Below are positions 12,301-22,800 of a stretch of 30,680 bases of DNA, piece after piece. The notes under the pieces are model-generated. The model saw nothing but the letters and a program-made list of their open reading frames with translations, did not search any database and was not told where the DNA came from. Source of the stretch: Macrostomum lignano. Lineage: Eukaryota. Each line of letters starts with the position of its first letter. Positions within the stretch are counted from its first letter, which is position 1. The position numbers and the translations under genes are program-made. The DNA lies in NCBI GenBank assembly GCA_002269645.1, contig NIVC01003119.1, forward strand, positions 1-30,680, read 5' to 3'.

Positions 12301-15300
12301 ACGGTGAGTGTGTGTTTTTATGCAGTACAAAACTGGCACTGATTCTCATTTACTTTCTTTGCCTGCATCATTTCTATTGCTCGCTTTCAATTCCCATTCA
12401 GATTAACGGGGTGCCCGAGGTGCGGCGGGAGACGCGAATTACACGGCGAAATCTGGTGATCTCCGGGGAGGGCGAGGACGAATCGGTGAGGCCGGGCTGG
12501 AGGGGTCGGTGGGATGGGCCGGCTTTGAAATTGGGGAGGCGGATAAAGATCAGGAAGCTGGGAGTGAGAGGGGGATTAGAGAGATGAAGGAGGGAGAGGG
12601 AGATTAGTGAAGCGGAAAGGAAGGAGAGGAGAAAAGGAAAGGAAAGAGAGGAATGGAGAGAGGAAAGTGGAGAGAGGGACAGAGGAGAGGGAGAGGGAGA
12701 GGAGAGGAGAAGAGAGGAGAGAGGAAAGAGGAGAGAAGGAGAGAGGAGAGAGGGAGAGGAGAGGAAAGGAGAGAGGAGAGGGGAGAGAAGGAGAGAGGAG
12801 AGGGAGAGAGGAGAGGAGAGGAGAGGAGAGAGGAGAGGGGAGAGAAGGAGAGAGGATAGGGAGAGAGGAGGGGAGAGAGGAGAGGGAGAGAGGGAGAGAG
12901 GAGGGGAGAGAGGAGAGGGAGAGAGGGAGAGAGGAGGGGAGAGAGGAGAGGGAGAGGGGAGAGAGGAGGGGAGAGGAGAGGAGAGGGGAGAGAAGGAGAG
13001 AGGAGAGGGAGAGAGGAGAGGAGAGAGGAGAGGGGAGAGAAGGAGAGAGGATAGGGAGAGAGGAGGGGAGAGAGGAGAGGGAGAGAGGGAGAGAGGAGGG
13101 GAGAGATGAGAGGGAGAGAGGGAGAGAGGAGGGGAGAGGAGAGGGAGAGGGGAGAGAGGAGGGGAGAGGAGAGGAGAGAAGAGAGGGGAGAGAAGGAGAG
13201 AGGATAGGGAGAGAGAAGGGGAGAGAGGAGAGGGAGAGAGTGAGAGAGGAGGGGAGAGAGGAGAGGGAGAGAGGGAGAGAGGAGAGGGAGAGAGGGAGAG
13301 AGGAGGGGAGAGAGGAGAGGGAGAGAGGGAGAGAGGAGGGGAGAGGAGAGAGGAGAGGGGAGAGAAGGAGAGAGGATAGGGAGAGAGGAGAGAGGAGAGG
13401 AGAATAGAGAGGAAAGGGAGAGAGAAGAGAGCGAAGAAGTACATGTATGCAAGAAAAGGAAAGGAGGGTGTAGGAATAAGAGATTACCAGATTACCTGGT
13501 AAGTCGTCATTGGGTAGGAAAAGGCATCGCAGGAATAATAGGAGCTGGCATGAAGAGTAAAATCGATAATCCGGAATCGATGACAAAGGAATAAAAAATT
13601 AGCCAATAAAATTGCTTCGATTGAATTGGTCATTTTTAGAAGATTGATGATGAAGAGCCTCATCAATGAGTAAGTTCTCGTCTGCGGAGTAAGTCTGCGG
13701 CAGTGTTGTCTAATATTTAGTCCACCTCTGCTGCTGCTGCAACCCCGTAGATGTTTCGGACGCGATTGAGTCTCTGTTTAGTCTCAATAGCTGTTTCATT
13801 TTTCTATAACTAACCGTTTATCCACTGGCATTAAACACAACAATTAAAATACTTTGAAATCTAAATTGGAAACACACCTGACACCCTAAATCGGCACACC
13901 TGACACCCTAAATAAACACACCTGACACCCTAAATCGGCACACCTGACACCCTAAATAAACACACCTGACACCCTAAATCGGCACACCTGACACCCTAAA
14001 TAAACACCTGACACCTAAAATAAACACACCTGACACCTAAAATAAACACACCTGACACCCTAAATAAACACACCTGACACCGTAAATAAGCACACCTAAC
14101 ACCCTAAATAAACACACCTGACACCCTAAATAAACACACCTGACACCGTAAATAAACACACCTAACACCCTAAATAAGCACACTTGACACCCAAAATAAA
14201 CACCTGACACCTAAAATAAACACACCTGACACCCTAAAGAAACACCTGACACCTAAAATAAACTCACTTGACACCCTAAATAAACACCTGACACCTAAAA
14301 TAACATACCTGACAGCCCAAGTCGATGGATTTCAAGTTTTGTACAAATGCAATATTAATAATTCAGATAATTAGTGTAACAATAAGCGCTATTTTTAAAC
14401 AATAACAAATCATATTTTAAGTTTTTAGAGTTTTCATACTCCTGAAGTACACTCAGTGTTTTTATTTAATTCCCTTTGACGCACTATTATGCAAACAATA
14501 TGTAGATTTATTTCGGCATCAAATGTATAATTTGTACATACATGTTCACATAGATTTGGCCGCACTGTTATCTGGGTCTGTACTGTCAAAGATCTGTGGA
14601 CAAAACTTGTCATGTTTATTTGTTTTGTTTTCAGATGCAAGGACTTTTAGTATAAGTTTAAACCGATAGTGTCTGGACTGGGGGAGTCTGTATTTTACAC
14701 CACCGATTTTCACTGCAGGTGTCTGTTCTTGAATAATGTTATAGATGATAATCGTATAGCATAACACTCATCCGAAATCTCACACTGAGAGATAATCTCA
14801 TCCAGAATCTCACGCAGCGAGATAATCTCATCAGAAATCTCACACAGAGTGATAAACTCATCCAGAATCTCACACAGCGATTAATCTCATCGGAAATCTC
14901 ACGCAGAGAGATAATCTCATCGGAAATCTCACACAGAGAGATAATCTCATCCAGAAACTCACACAGAGAGATAATCTCATCCAGAATCTCACACACAGAG
15001 ATAATCTCATCCAGAAACTCACACAGAGAGATAATCTCATCCAGAATCTCACACAGAGTGATAATCTCATCCAGAATCTCACACAGAGTGATAATCTCAT
15101 CCAGAATCTCACACTGAGAGATAATCTCATCCAGAATCTCACACAGAGATAATTACTACCCCATATAGACACCCACGCTTATCGTCCCAGGTGCTAGAAG
15201 TCCATATTACAGAGATTTCCCAATCCTATCAATACTTCAATTCATTCATTTTGAAATCTGCATTCCCGCAGTTCCTAAACGACGCCATCTACCAGCAGAC

Positions 15301-15403
15301 GGGATTTGACAAGGACGACGCCACCATTGATGAAGAGAATTTGAACGCCGTCTGCACGGCGAACTCGGCTGCTGAACTGGAGATTAAAGAGAGCGACGTT
15401 TGA
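6316..15403 (+). CDS. Spliced 3' part of a gene: exons 6316-6378, 6459-6500, 7865-7984, 9774-9929, 12082-12303, 12402-12485, 15272-15403; low-complexity tail with ankyrin/protein-4.1 C-terminus-like motifs ending in ESDV
   Basis: Every exon has an AG acceptor, a GT donor (except the last) and a length divisible by 3, and all join in phase 0 without stops: RKSKGFAYADPRMLQESLSKR/KSRLSQASNEDQPR/SGAEHG..TVSVRETRTE/QSGDEDY..KTYVTH/SEEIGEPEEEVMTFTDEHGSRITKKVVRRR..LLERT/INGVPEVRRETRITRRNLVISGEGEDES/FLNDAIYQQ..EIKESDV*. Confidence 0.75.
6680..7590. repeat. Variable 20-28 nt minisatellite (GTCAGAGTGCTCAGTCT(GT)n)
   Basis: Tandem units with an embedded variable GT microsatellite, inside intron 6501-7864. 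Confidence 0.95.
8018..9425. repeat. G/A-rich minisatellite of about 13-17 nt (GGGAGATTCAGAGAG)n
   Basis: Tandem units with a variable G-run, inside intron 7985-9773. Confidence 0.95.
9975..10745. repeat. Minisatellite of about 29-30 nt (ATGGGATTTCTGAGATGGGGAGAAATGGC)n with a higher-order duplicated block
   Basis: Tandem units; the variant block containing TAAAAAGAAATGGGATGG...GGCCGAAAT...ACATAATTTC occurs at about 10020-10130 and again at about 10425-10535. Confidence 0.94.
10895..12026. repeat. 20-nt minisatellite (GTGAG[T/C]CTGTCAGATAGGCA)n
   Basis: About 55 tandem units inside intron 9930-12081. Confidence 0.96.
12575..13435. repeat. Near-pure homopurine (GA/GGA) low-complexity tract of about 860 nt
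   Basis: Almost exclusively G and A on the + strand. Confidence 0.95.
13640..13669 (+). CDS. Candidate 30-nt phase-0 microexon KIDDEEPHQ* ending in TGA
   Basis: Acceptor catttttag|13640, perfect donor 13669|GTAAGT; in frame with exon 12402-12485. Confidence 0.5.
   Translation, partial: KIDDEEPHQ
13870..14312. repeat. Minisatellite of about 20-22 nt (CACCTGACACCCTAAATAAACA)n
   Basis: About 20 tandem units. Confidence 0.94.
14762..15150. repeat. 30-nt minisatellite (GATAATCTCATCCAGAATCTCACACAGAGA)n
   Basis: About 13 units; related array at 20262-20478. Confidence 0.94.
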
Positions 15404-15676
15404 GTTGTATACTGTTGTGTAAAAATTATGCGCTTATATAACTGTCAGAGTCCTCCAGTGTGTTTAGTTTTTTATACTCTAAAATCTCTAAGGTGTAATA
15501 ATTTTCACTACTACTGTTGATAGTACATTGCGTGTGTAGCCACGAAATCGATGCACTTTATTAATAATGCTATACTCGTAGTTTCTGCTTAGTGTGATTG
15601 CGTCAGCTTTCGAATAACTACTTAAATTGAACTTTTTTGGTAAGTTTTGAATGATTAAATTAATTCCCGATAATTA

Positions 15677-16265
15677 GTGATCCCAAATTCCGAATCCCAA
15701 ATTAACGTCAATCCCAATTCCGAATCCCAAATCAACTGCGATCCCAATTCCAATCCGAAATCAACCGCGATCCCAATTCCAATCCCAAATCAACTGCGAT
15801 CCCAATTCCAATCCGAAATCAACCGCGATCCCAATTCCAATCCCAAATCAACCGCGATCCCAATTCCAATCCCAAATCAACTGCGATCCCAATTCCAATC
15901 CGAAATCAACCGCGATCCCAATTCCAATCCGAAATCAACCGCGATCCCAATTCCGAATCCCAAATGAACCGCGATCCCAATTCCGAATCCGAAATCAACG
16001 GCGATCCCAATTCCGAATCCCAAATCAATGGCGATCCCAATTCCGAATCCCAAATCAACGGCGATCCCAAATTCCGAATCCCAAATTAACGTCAATCCCA
16101 ATTCCGAATCCCAAATCAACGGCGATCCCAATTCCGAATCCCAAATCAACGGCGATCCCAATTCCGAATCCCAAATCAACGGCGATCCCAATTCCGAATC
16201 CCAAATCCATGGCGATCCAAACTCCGAATCCCAAATCCATGGCGATCCCAATTCCAAATCCCAAA
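15677..16265. repeat. 30-nt minisatellite (GATCCCAATTCCGAATCCCAAATCAACGGC)n
   Basis: About 19 tandem units downstream of the stop codon at 15403. Confidence 0.94.
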
Positions 16266-17459
16266 TTCAGAATCAAGGAAGAATTTGATTTTAGTTTTTC
16301 GACAATTTCAAATCATTAGAAAATTTAAAAAAATAATAGAAAAATAAGTTTATTTTTCTATTAATTAGAACACTTTCTAATCAATTTTTAAATTTTGCAT
16401 GCGTTTTTTCGTTAACTAGCTGCCGCTTATTTTATCAATAATAATGATAACAATAGACTCGTGAATAAAGCTTACAGGCAGTGTGTGCATAACAGCTTTA
16501 ACGCTTTTGTCAATTGCCTGTGCTCCGGATCTCTTGTATGCCTATTCATATACATATCTCTCTCTATGACTCATTTTTACCCAACTTTTTATTTTATCGC
16601 TTGAATAAACTGCCGTTCACACAATCTGTTAATTGTTTTTACAATTAAAGAAAATTAAATACAGTTTTTTGTCAGTTATTTGCGAAATTCGCTGCACTTT
16701 CTACTCGCGTTAGTAGCTAGTTTCGACTGTCGCTGCTATATCAATTAAACGTTGTGCAATTAAATGTTTTTTAGTTTGGCTTTTGTTTTATAAATGCCTC
16801 TTGTTTGCCTGCAATCTCGCTTGAAAGCTTCGCTTATTTATTAAGTTAATTTATGTGTCCATTGTCAAGTCCTGGTCCCACCCGCTAGCAACGCAATCAG
16901 TTCATTTTCTACCTCTGCAAAATCTGTCTATTCTGTTCTGTGCTGTAGCTGTGATGAGGCAGAAGCTGTAATGCTGCTTTTTTAAACAACTCATCTTTTT
17001 CTCTGAAGATAATCTTCTCATATTTAGTCGGCCTTACTTATTAGAGTTCGCCATATTTATAGAAATTTCGCCTCCTCTACTACCAGTAGCAGCTTGTGAA
17101 TAATTTTTTTACGAAAGAATCACGATTTATATTGTACTGCAGTTGTCATACAGCTGTTCAGCGGGCTTCATTGAGTGAGTGAGTTTTTAATCAATCGTTC
17201 ATTGCTTTTTTCGAAATCGATTCTTTAAAGTTATTTTTTTGTTCTCAGTTTATAGTATTTGAGCATCGCACACAGTTTGCTGCACTTGCTATCTGCCTGA
17301 AATTAATAAATATATATATGATAATTATATTGCCGCCTAAGCTGCTAATTTTGGATCGTCAATTCGATTCGTGTCACAGATAAACTGATTTGTAACTGCA
17401 GGCTGTTTTGAAACTTTATTTGCTGATATAGCCAAAGTGCATTCCTTGATGGCCCCGCC

Positions 17460-18370
17460 CAGGTATGGGAGCTCAGGTATCGGAAATGGGAGCTCAGGTA
17501 TCGGAAATGGGAACTCAGGGATCGGAAATGGGAACTCAGGTATTGGAAATGGGAACTCAGGTATTGGAAATGGGAACTCAGGTATCGGAAATGGGAATTC
17601 AGGTATCGGAAATGGGAACTCAGGTATCGGAAATGGGAACTCAGGTATCGGAAATGGGAGCTCAGGTATCGGAAATGGGAACTCAGGTATCGGAAATGGG
17701 AGCTCAGGTATCGGAAATGGGAACTCAGGTATCGGAAATGGGAACTCAGGTATTGGAAATGGGAACTCAGGTATTGGAAATGGGAACTCAAGGTATTGGA
17801 ATGGGAACTCAGGTATTGGAAATGGGAACTCAGGTATCGGAAATGGGAACTCAGGTATCAGATATGGGAGCTCAGGTATCGGAAATGGGAACTCAGGTAT
17901 CGGAAATGGGAACTCAGGTATCGGAAATGGGAATTCAGGTATTGGAAATGGAAACACAGGTATTGGAAATGGGAATTCAGGTATCGGAAATGGGAACTCA
18001 GATATTGGAAATGGGAATTCAGGTGTTGGAAATGGAAATTCAGGTATCGGAAATGGGAACTCAGATATTGGAAATGGGAACTCTGGTATCGGAAATGGGA
18101 GTTCAGGTATCGGAAATGGGAGCTCAGGTATCGGAAATGGGAGCTCAGGTATCAGATATGGGAGCTCAGGTATCGGAAATGGGAACTCAGGTATCGGAAA
18201 TGGGAGCTCAGGTATCGGAAATGGGAACTCAGGTATCGGAAATGGGAACTCAGGTATCGGAACTGGGAACTCAGGTATCGGAAATCAGGAAATGGCGAAT
18301 CAGGTATGGGGACTGGCGAATCAGGTGTGGGGAATGGCGAATCAGGTATGGGGAATGGCGAATCGAGTAT
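17460..18370. repeat. 21-nt minisatellite (GGTATCGGAAATGGGAACTCA)n with a derived 21-nt unit at the 3' end
   Basis: About 40 units; open frame encodes GIGNGNS heptads (coding status unresolved). Confidence 0.93.
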
Positions 18371-18712
18371 AGGGAAGACTCGTGCTCAGAGAAGATTCTT
18401 ATCAATTTGCAACACCTTCGATATTGAAATTGGTTGGTGGAGCCCCTGCGCGGCGGCAGACCGCAGCAAGCAGAGCAAGGCAGCTGCTTCCATCAGTGCA
18501 TTCACTTCCATATTGGCCTGAGTCACGAGCTCAACAGTTGGAAAATACAAGCTTATGTCTAAACTAAGTCGCCTAAATGAAGCTGCCCCAGCATGCATTT
18601 TTATGCTAATAAATATTTGGAATTTCGAAAAGCAAGCACGCCAGTGTTTCCGTTAAAATACTGTTGCGAAACACGCGGAAAAATGTGTCCTCGGAGCGGG
18701 AAATTTTTGTTG

Positions 18713-19604
18713 GTGAGTTCATGAGTGAGTTCATGAGTGAGTTCATGAGTGAGTTCATGAGTAAGTTCATGAGTAAGTTCATGAGTAAGTTCATGAGTGA
18801 GTGAGTTCATGAGTGAGTTCATGAGTGAGTGAGTTCATGAGTGAGTTCATGAGTGAGTTCATGAGTGAGTTCATGAGTGAATTCATGAGTGAGTTCATGA
18901 GTAAGTTCATGAGTGAGTTCATGAGTGAGTGAGTTCATGAGTGAGTTCATGAGTGAGTTCATGAGTAAGTTCATGAGTGAGTGAGTTCATGAGTGAGTTC
19001 ATGAGTGAGTGAGTTCATGAGTGAGTTCATGAGTGAGTTCATGAGTGAGTTCATGAGTGAGTTCATGAGTAAGTTCATGAGTGAGTTCATGAGTGAGTGA
19101 GTTCATGAGTGAGTTCATGAGTGAGTTCATGAGTGAGTTCATGAGTGAGTTCATGAGTGAGTTCATGAGTGAGTTCATGAGTGAGTTCATGAGTGAGTGA
19201 GTTCATGAGTGAGTTCATGAGTGAGTTCATGAGTGAGTTCATGAGTAAGTTCATGAGTAAGTTCATGAGTGAGTGAGTTCATGAGTGAGTTCATGAGTGA
19301 GTTCATGAGTGAGTTCATGAGTGAGTTCATGAGTGAGTTCATGAGTGAGTTCATGAGTGAGTTCATGACTGAGTTCATGAGTGAGTTCATGAGTGAGTTC
19401 ATGAGTGAGTTCATGAGTAAGTTCAAGAGTGAGTGAGTTCATGAGTGAGTTCATGAGTGAGTGAGTTCATGAGTGAGTGAGTTCATGAGTGAGTGAGTTC
19501 ATGAGTGAGTTCATGAGTGAGTTCATGAGTAAGTTCATGAGTGAGTGAGTTCATGAGTGAGTTCATGAGTGAGTTCATGAGTGAATTCATGTGAGTGAGT
19601 GAGT
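18713..19604 (+). repeat. 12-nt satellite (GAGTGAGTTCAT)n, left arm of an inverted pair; followed by (GACT)n at about 19610-19665
   Basis: About 70 units, including 16-nt variants. Confidence 0.96.
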
Positions 19605-19839
19605 GGGTTACTGACCGACTGTCTGACTGACTGACTGACTGACTGACTGACTGTCTGACTGACTGATTTCGTAAATGAAAATTCTATTAGAATTTCAGTA
19701 TTTCTACTTAATCAGTAGCACGTTAAGGATTTAAAGCAGCTCTAAATAAGAGCTGCCTTCCTTTCCGATTGGATGGCGGAGCGGCCTAAGTGAGATATTT
19801 AACTCGAGGCAGAGCCAAAAGCATTTGCATCGCCAGGCC

Positions 19840-22800
19840 ATGCATTCACGAAGCAAATCCCCTGATGATTATTCAAAGTTCAGCATCCTACTGTTGCCGG
19901 ACCGCCTTCTCCAGCTCCTCTCCGTCATCTGGCCGATGGGCCTGTCGTTCGGGCTGTTCGGAATCGAACTCGCGACCTCGCCTGGCCAGTGCCTGCTCGA
20001 CCATCGTCAGAATGCCAGTCAACAGACGATGGAGTTTCTCAGTCAGCTGTGCCCGCTGCTGCAACCGGTTGGGACTCGAACCCGCGACCTCGCGATAGGG
20101 TTGCTGACCTACGCCGGGCTGATGTGGCTGCCGCACCTGTGGTGGAGTCACGCTGTTGGCCCCCTGCTGCGGCGGAGGCTGCTGCTGGTGCAGAGCGAGC
20201 TGCGGCAGCTGACAGACCTCATCGGGAGGTAGAGCGGGGAACGGTTAATCTCTTGACTCTTAGATAATCTCATCCCCCGAAATCTCTCGCACGGAGCTAA
20301 TCTCATCCCGTAGAATCTCTCTCACAGAGATAATCTCATCCCAGAGATCTCTAACAGAGATAATCTCATCCTGTAGAATCTCTCTCACAGAGATAATCTC
20401 ATCCTGTAGAATCTCTCTCACAGAGATAATCTCATCCCCCAGAATCTCTCTCATAGAGATAATCTCATCCCCGAAATTTCTCTCCACCAGAGAAGCCGCT
20501 GAGCCGCCCCGCCAGCCGCCCCTTCTCGGCGGCTTCTCGGCCATCGGCGCCGCCCGCCTGGCCAGCTGCGAGGCCGGTCGCATCGACTGGACGCTCGGCC
20601 ACCGCCTGGCCGCCTGGCAGACCTCCGGCCGCCTGTGGCGCGCCTGGGCAGCCAAGCAGGGTGCCTGCCTTGCTGGCCAGATCCTGCTGTTCGCCTGTGG
20701 CGCCCTCGCCTGCGGCGCCGCCGGCTCCCTGGCGCCGTTTCCGGCCAGCCGGACGTGCCAAACCGATCGCCACGGAGCCACCATGGCCACCTGCGCTCAG
20801 CCGCTGTCGCGCTGGGCGAACGCCGCACTGCTGGGCCTCCTGGCCGCTGCTGCCGCCGTCTGCGCCGCCCAAGTCGCCTTCGCCCGGCTCCGCTTCGCCC
20901 AGTCGAGGCTGGCCTTCAGGGAGGACGCCTAGATGGAGGCCAGCTTCTTTGCCAGCTTCATCAAGCTGATGGCGCTGGGGTACTATAGGAATGAGGTGAG
21001 ACCGGCTGAGCCACTCACTTAAGATCTCACTCATGAACTCACTCACTCATGAACTCACTCATGAACTCACTCAAGATCTCACTCATGAACTCACTCACTC
21101 ATGAACTCACTCATGAACTCACTCATGAACTCAGTCATGAACTCACTCACTCATGAACTCACTCATGAACTCACTCATGAACTCACTTATGAACTCACTC
21201 AAGATCTCACTCATGAACTCACTCAAGATCTCACTCATAAACTCACTCATGAACTCACTCATGAACTCACTCACTCATGAACTCACTCATGAACTCACTC
21301 ACTCATGAACTCACTCATGAACTCACTCATGAACTCAGTCATGAACTCACTCACTCATGAACTCACTCATGAACTCACTCATGAACTCACTCATGAACTC
21401 ACTTATGAACTCACTCAAGATCTCACTCATGAACTCACTCAAGATCTCACTCATAAACTCACTCATGAACTCACTCATGAACTCACTCATGAACTCACTC
21501 ATGAACTCACTCATGAACTCACTCATGAACTCACTCATGAACTCACTCATGAACTCACTCATGAACTCACTCATGAACTCACTCATGAACTCACTCATGA
21601 ACTCACTCATGAACTCACTCATGAACTCACTCATGAACTCACTCATGAACTCACTCATGAACTCACTCATGAACTCACTCATGAACTCACTCATGAACTC
21701 ACTCATGAACTCACTCATGAACTCACTCATGAACTCACTCATGAACTCACTCATGAACTCACTCATGAACTCACTCATGAACTCACTCATGAACTCACTC
21801 ATGAACTCACTCATGAACTCACTCATAAATTCACTCAGGAACTCACAATATCACTCATTATTTCCATCCTTCACTCATTGCTTGGCTCATGCGGGTTCTC
21901 TTCAGCTCAGTCCGAAAGCATGACTCATGAGCCAAGCCGATGCTGGCGGCATATTTGCTCAGCCTCCCTGCTCCCGCCTTCATCCGGCCTCGATCTCCCT
22001 GCAACGCCCCGCGCTGCTTCTTTGCCATTCGCCTGCATTCGACAGGCCAGGGAGCCGTACCTGCCCCGCCACCCCCGACGGAAGTGGCCAAAAATCCTCG
22101 CTTGAGTGTCACGCCACACCACCGAGACCGGGGATTAAGAGATGGGGAGTTGAAGCAATCCTATTTAGTCTTTCTAATCCTTGATGAGGAGTGGGACCTC
22201 GTTTCGTGAGAGGGTCGCGCGCGATTAAAACTTTTGAAAAGGAAAAATTATCAAAGGTGATTTAATTTAATTCTCTTCTACTTCTTCGTGGTTTCTAAAT
22301 TTGAGGATAAATGTGTTGGTAAAGAAGCATTAAATGTTGTCGCATTGCATTCTACGGAATTCAACATTCATATTAGACCCACAATTCACAAATTATCCTA
22401 CATTCCACAAAAATCGCATGTGCCACATTTTAAATAATCGAACGTCTCCCAAATCCCGCAAAACCCACACCCCCAGAAATCCCACACCCACAGAAATTCC
22501 ACCCTCCCCAGAAATCCCACACCCCTTAGAAAATACCACATCCCCAGAAATCCAACACTCCCCAGAAATACCACACCCCTCAGAAATACCACACCCCTCA
22601 GAAATACCACACCCATCAGAAATACCACACCCCAAGACATACCACAGTCCCTTGAAATACCACACTCTCCGATCTCCAGACACTTCAAGGACATTCCAAA
22701 ATCCCTACAGGTTCACCGCATCCGGGACGTGAGCTTCCACCTGTTGCCCGGCTTCCTCACCTCGGACTTCCACCTGATGTCGCTGCTATGCGAGGCCAAC

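Noticed and set aside
16951-17006. C/D snoRNA-like GTGATGA...CTGA
   Set aside because: Weak terminal stem, no recognisable rRNA guide, and such motifs are expected by chance.
19736-19756. Perfect 8-bp hairpin GCAGCTCT-AAATA-AGAGCTGC upstream of the channel ATG
   Set aside because: Too short to assign a function without conservation data.
19771-19800. A-box-like TGGCGGAGCGGCCTAAG
   Set aside because: No D-stem pairing, anticodon stem or B box at tRNA spacing.
20060-20130. tRNA-like T-arm on the - strand (GAGGTCGCGGGTTCGAGTCCC)
   Set aside because: Only 3 bp of T-stem, no acceptor, D or anticodon arms, and it lies inside a coding exon.
21903-22105. GC-rich island as an extra channel exon
   Set aside because: It ends in stops, and exon 2 joins 22711 in frame with family-like sequence without it; an alternative 3' exon cannot be excluded.
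22130-22225. Hammerhead-like CGAAAC-GAG-GTC on the - strand and local hairpins
   Set aside because: No CUGANGA core in a compatible position on either strand.
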